A stretch of 63,951 bases of DNA, filler included. It is 5 parts of 5 records of this genome, joined end to end, with 100 filler letters (N's around TTAATTAATTAA, not from the genome) between each part and the next. Parts side by side here need not be neighbours in the genome. Positions count along the whole stretch, not along the records: positions 58,162 to 63,951 come from DRR723986_10641; 4 more parts are not named here. The stretch is one strand, 5' to 3'. Positions 61,357-63,951 of the stretch are shown here, piece by piece. Below the pieces are notes generated by a model, which saw only the letters and a program-made list of their open reading frames with translations, made no database searches and was not told the DNA's origin. Position numbers and translations under genes: made by a program. Position 1 is the first letter of the stretch; every line of letters starts with the position of its first letter.

Positions 61357-63339
61357 TTAACGTACAACGTTAAGTGGCTTAACTGTGATACCTTCGCTAT
61401 CGCTGATAGTCAGGAAGTACGTACCAGCGGCGACACTCTGCAGGTTAAGCGTGTGTGAAACGCCATTGACCGTTTGTGTCAGGAGCGTCTCACCAACTGC
61501 ATTGCGCAGGGTAAGAACAGCGGGGCGGGCTTCTTCAAACCGCACAGTCACTTTCTCTGTGCTTGGGTTTGGATAGACCATGACACTCGTATCATCTTGA
61601 TCGTAGTTAACTGACGTTGTGCTTGACGCAATGCGGCTAATCACGGTGTTTGTGATAATTGGGCTGTTGAAGTCAAAGAAGATTGCAGCTGAATTCGGGA
61701 TTTCCGTGCCGATCGGCAGCTCACCAGTCAGGTGCACGTCAAAGCTGACATAACCCATGCTACCGGCTTCGTCTTCGGACTTAGCAGGCAGGTTAATGTC
61801 GTTAAACGTCCAGACAAGTTCACCTGCGTCAGTGAAGTTAAAGCTGTAATCGTGGCTGGAAGCGCCAAGACGGATCTTCTCAACGTTGTGGAATTCACTC
61901 AGCGCGTCAACAACGCGAACTGTGATAGCGTCTTCGTTACCTTCGTTCTGGAAACGAACCAGGTAGCGCAGAACCTGATCATCCTGTGAGATTTCGCCGT
62001 CGGCGTTGGCTGTACCAACAAAGACCTGCATGTCGTTAGGATCATATGCACCACGGATCTCCTGGCACATTTCGCCTGTGCTTTCGCGCAGGATTTCATC
62101 GTTGCCTTTGTCATCTACATCGGCATTAACCGATGCGCAGATGCGTGTACCCAGCAGTTGCTCGTCGGCAGGTACTTTCAGCGTTACTTTGATAACAACA
62201 AGGCCGTCAACAGGAAAGTCTTCCAGGCTCCAGGTAGCAGTCTGGTCAGCATACATGTCGGCAGCCGGCTCGCTTGCAAAGTCCGTCAGCAGCGCATCGT
62301 GTACAAAGGTCACATCGCCGTTATATGGCAGTGTACCCGTGTTCTGGATGCGGATCGTATATGTCATCTCAAAACCTGGACGTGCCAGTGAAGACATGAT
62401 GTGAACGCTGAGAGCTTCCGTCAGGGACTTTGGCTCAAGGTTAAAGTTGGCAATGACTTCATCGCCGTTGTCTACGATATCAGCATCGGCTGGGCCTGTT
62501 GGGCAGGACTGCTTCCAAACTGAACGCTCGTTAACATGTACTTTATAGTTGCCAACTGGAACGCCAATTTCGTACTGACCTTCGGCATCCGTTGCAACGT
62601 AGTAAGGACCAGGCGTGATTTTTACGATGCGCTGACGCAGACCAAAGTCCTCGGCGTCAAGCTCACAGTCGCCATCATAGTCGGAAACTACCTGACCTTT
62701 GATCGTGCCACCATCTTCAACCGTGGTGTACATCGATGTGATTTTGGCCTGAACAGCATAACCATTCATGCGGTCAAATGTACGGAGTGTAAGTGTGGCC
62801 TGATCGAATGCTCCCAGGTCGATTTCACTCGGAAGGCGATCCAGGTCCAATTCGTAGTCACAGTCCGAACTCCACAAGCTAATTGCCATACTCGTGATGT
62901 TTGATGGAATATCTCCAGGGAAGGTATTGTTGCCACTCTCCCAACGAATGCTGGTGTTACATGTGTCAACCGTATCCATGCGCTCTGCCCAGGAGAACAT
63001 GTTGGCTCTGAAACCGGGCGTGTTAGGCGTCGGCTCTTCCAGAAATGCGGATTTGAACTCAAGACCGTTGATCGTCGCACTCATGCTATTTGCATCGTTG
63101 TTCAGATCAAAGTTGCTGCTGAAATCATCCGATGAAATTGGTGCCAGATCTTTCAGAAATGTCAGCTGACCAATTACCAGATCGCTCTCCTTAATCTGAT
63201 CGCCTATATTTCCGCCCACAGCGGAAACGCCGGTGACTTCTGCGGTGAAGTTAAGGGTCACAAATTCCTGTGCCTGCGCAGACTGGCTCGTCAGCATGCC
63301 AAAGCACGTCATTACGGCCAGTAGTAGAAGTTTTCGCAT
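61357..63339 (-). CDS. T9SS type A sorting-domain protein with SdrD-B/DUF11/DUF7619-like Ig modules
   Basis: Signal peptide, G.V..DYDGDC..D, GAYDPND, Y.VRFQNEG..A, NSAAIFFDFNSPIITN, VYPNPS...GTYFL. Confidence 0.88.
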   Translation of the reverse strand: MRKLLLLAVMTCFGMLTSQSAQAQEFVTLNFTAEVTGVSAVGGNIGDQIKESDLVIGQLTFLKDLAPISSDDFSSNFDLNNDANSMSATINGLEFKSAFLEEPTPNTPGFRANMFSWAERMDTVDTCNTSIRWESGNNTFPGDIPSNITSMAISLWSSDCDYELDLDRLPSEIDLGAFDQATLTLRTFDRMNGYAVQAKITSMYTTVEDGGTIKGQVVSDYDGDCELDAEDFGLRQRIVKITPGPYYVATDAEGQYEIGVPVGNYKVHVNERSVWKQSCPTGPADADIVDNGDEVIANFNLEPKSLTEALSVHIMSSLARPGFEMTYTIRIQNTGTLPYNGDVTFVHDALLTDFASEPAADMYADQTATWSLEDFPVDGLVVIKVTLKVPADEQLLGTRICASVNADVDDKGNDEILRESTGEMCQEIRGAYDPNDMQVFVGTANADGEISQDDQVLRYLVRFQNEGNEDAITVRVVDALSEFHNVEKIRLGASSHDYSFNFTDAGELVWTFNDINLPAKSEDEAGSMGYVSFDVHLTGELPIGTEIPNSAAIFFDFNSPIITNTVISRIASSTTSVNYDQDDTSVMVYPNPSTEKVTVRFEEARPAVLTLRNAVGETLLTQTVNGVSHTLNLQSVAAGTYFLTISDSEGITVKPLNVVR

Positions 63340-63951
63340 ATAAAACTCTCCAATGAAAGTGTTAGTGAAGCTGTATAAAATTTGAAGTTTCTGTCCGGAA
63401 TCTTCTGTAGATGGGGCCAAGAACCGGGTAGCCGAATTTCCGTTACACCTTTATCTATGCAGCTGTTTTCAGGCAATTTTGGACCTTTTGTGGTGTGTCC
63501 TCTTACAACAGCCTCAGCTGGCGCTGGTCTGTCATGAGCTTCTTGTTAGTCTTTAAGACTTCAGTCTCAAGTCTCTGAGCCCGCCGCAAGCCACTCAGTC
63601 GCGCGGCTGTTCAGTCTAACACAGTCCATTCAGTGGCGCAGCCGCCCGGTTCTGCGCAACTCACTCGGCGGCACAGGCGTCCAGCCCGGCACACAGAATC
63701 TCAACCGCAAGTCTCAGTGACGGTCCTGCGCAGCAGTGTGCTCGTGAGCTTCAGACCTTGGGCGGCGACTCAGCGACTTTGGGATTCCGCCTCGGTGCCA
63801 AACAAAAAAAGGCCGTGCGGGCTTACGCAGTAAAAGCCCCTTCAGGTCCGCAGTGTGATCAAACAGCACCATACATGTACATTCTGCAGTAGCGCACTGC
63901 CGACGGCCGCCCAAAAAAACGAACAAAAAAGGCCCGCCCTCAATCAAGGGG

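Overview
The window is five contigs joined by 100-nt N/TTAATTAATTAA spacers (9696-9795, 19474-19573, 41799-41898, 58062-58161), so synteny holds only within a contig. The contigs appear to come from two organisms. Contigs 1, 2 and 5 look Bacteroidota/Chlorobiota-superphylum-like (Kapabacteria/Ignavibacteria-type): tRNA-His, Nif3, zinc-ribbon protein, RNase P RNA, tsaC, glgP, lolC/E, ppk1, an S9 peptidase and two T9SS-sorted proteins, and they share a dispersed repeat family. Contigs 3 and 4 look planctomycete (Pirellulaceae-like): PQQ propeller, hisS, purU, tct transporter, U32 hydroxylase, OleA-like enzyme, xylonate dehydratase, glgX, met genes, rnhA and GTAG REPs. The main accessory element is a retron at the end of contig 3: a 524-aa RT (QG, YADD, VTG motifs; about 170-aa N-terminal extension) preceded by a readable msr-msd ncRNA (a1/a2 inverted repeats, perfect 20-bp msd stem) and a candidate promoter, with no effector gene visible on the contig. 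Other leads: attC-like cassette remnants, an unannotated membrane ORF with an in-frame Cys-TGA followed by a SECIS-like hairpin, an AP2-domain protein with a histone-H1-like tail, a C26 amidohydrolase lacking its catalytic Cys, and a terminator-containing leader before the met genes. All calls come from reading the sequence by eye; no searches or folding programs were run.
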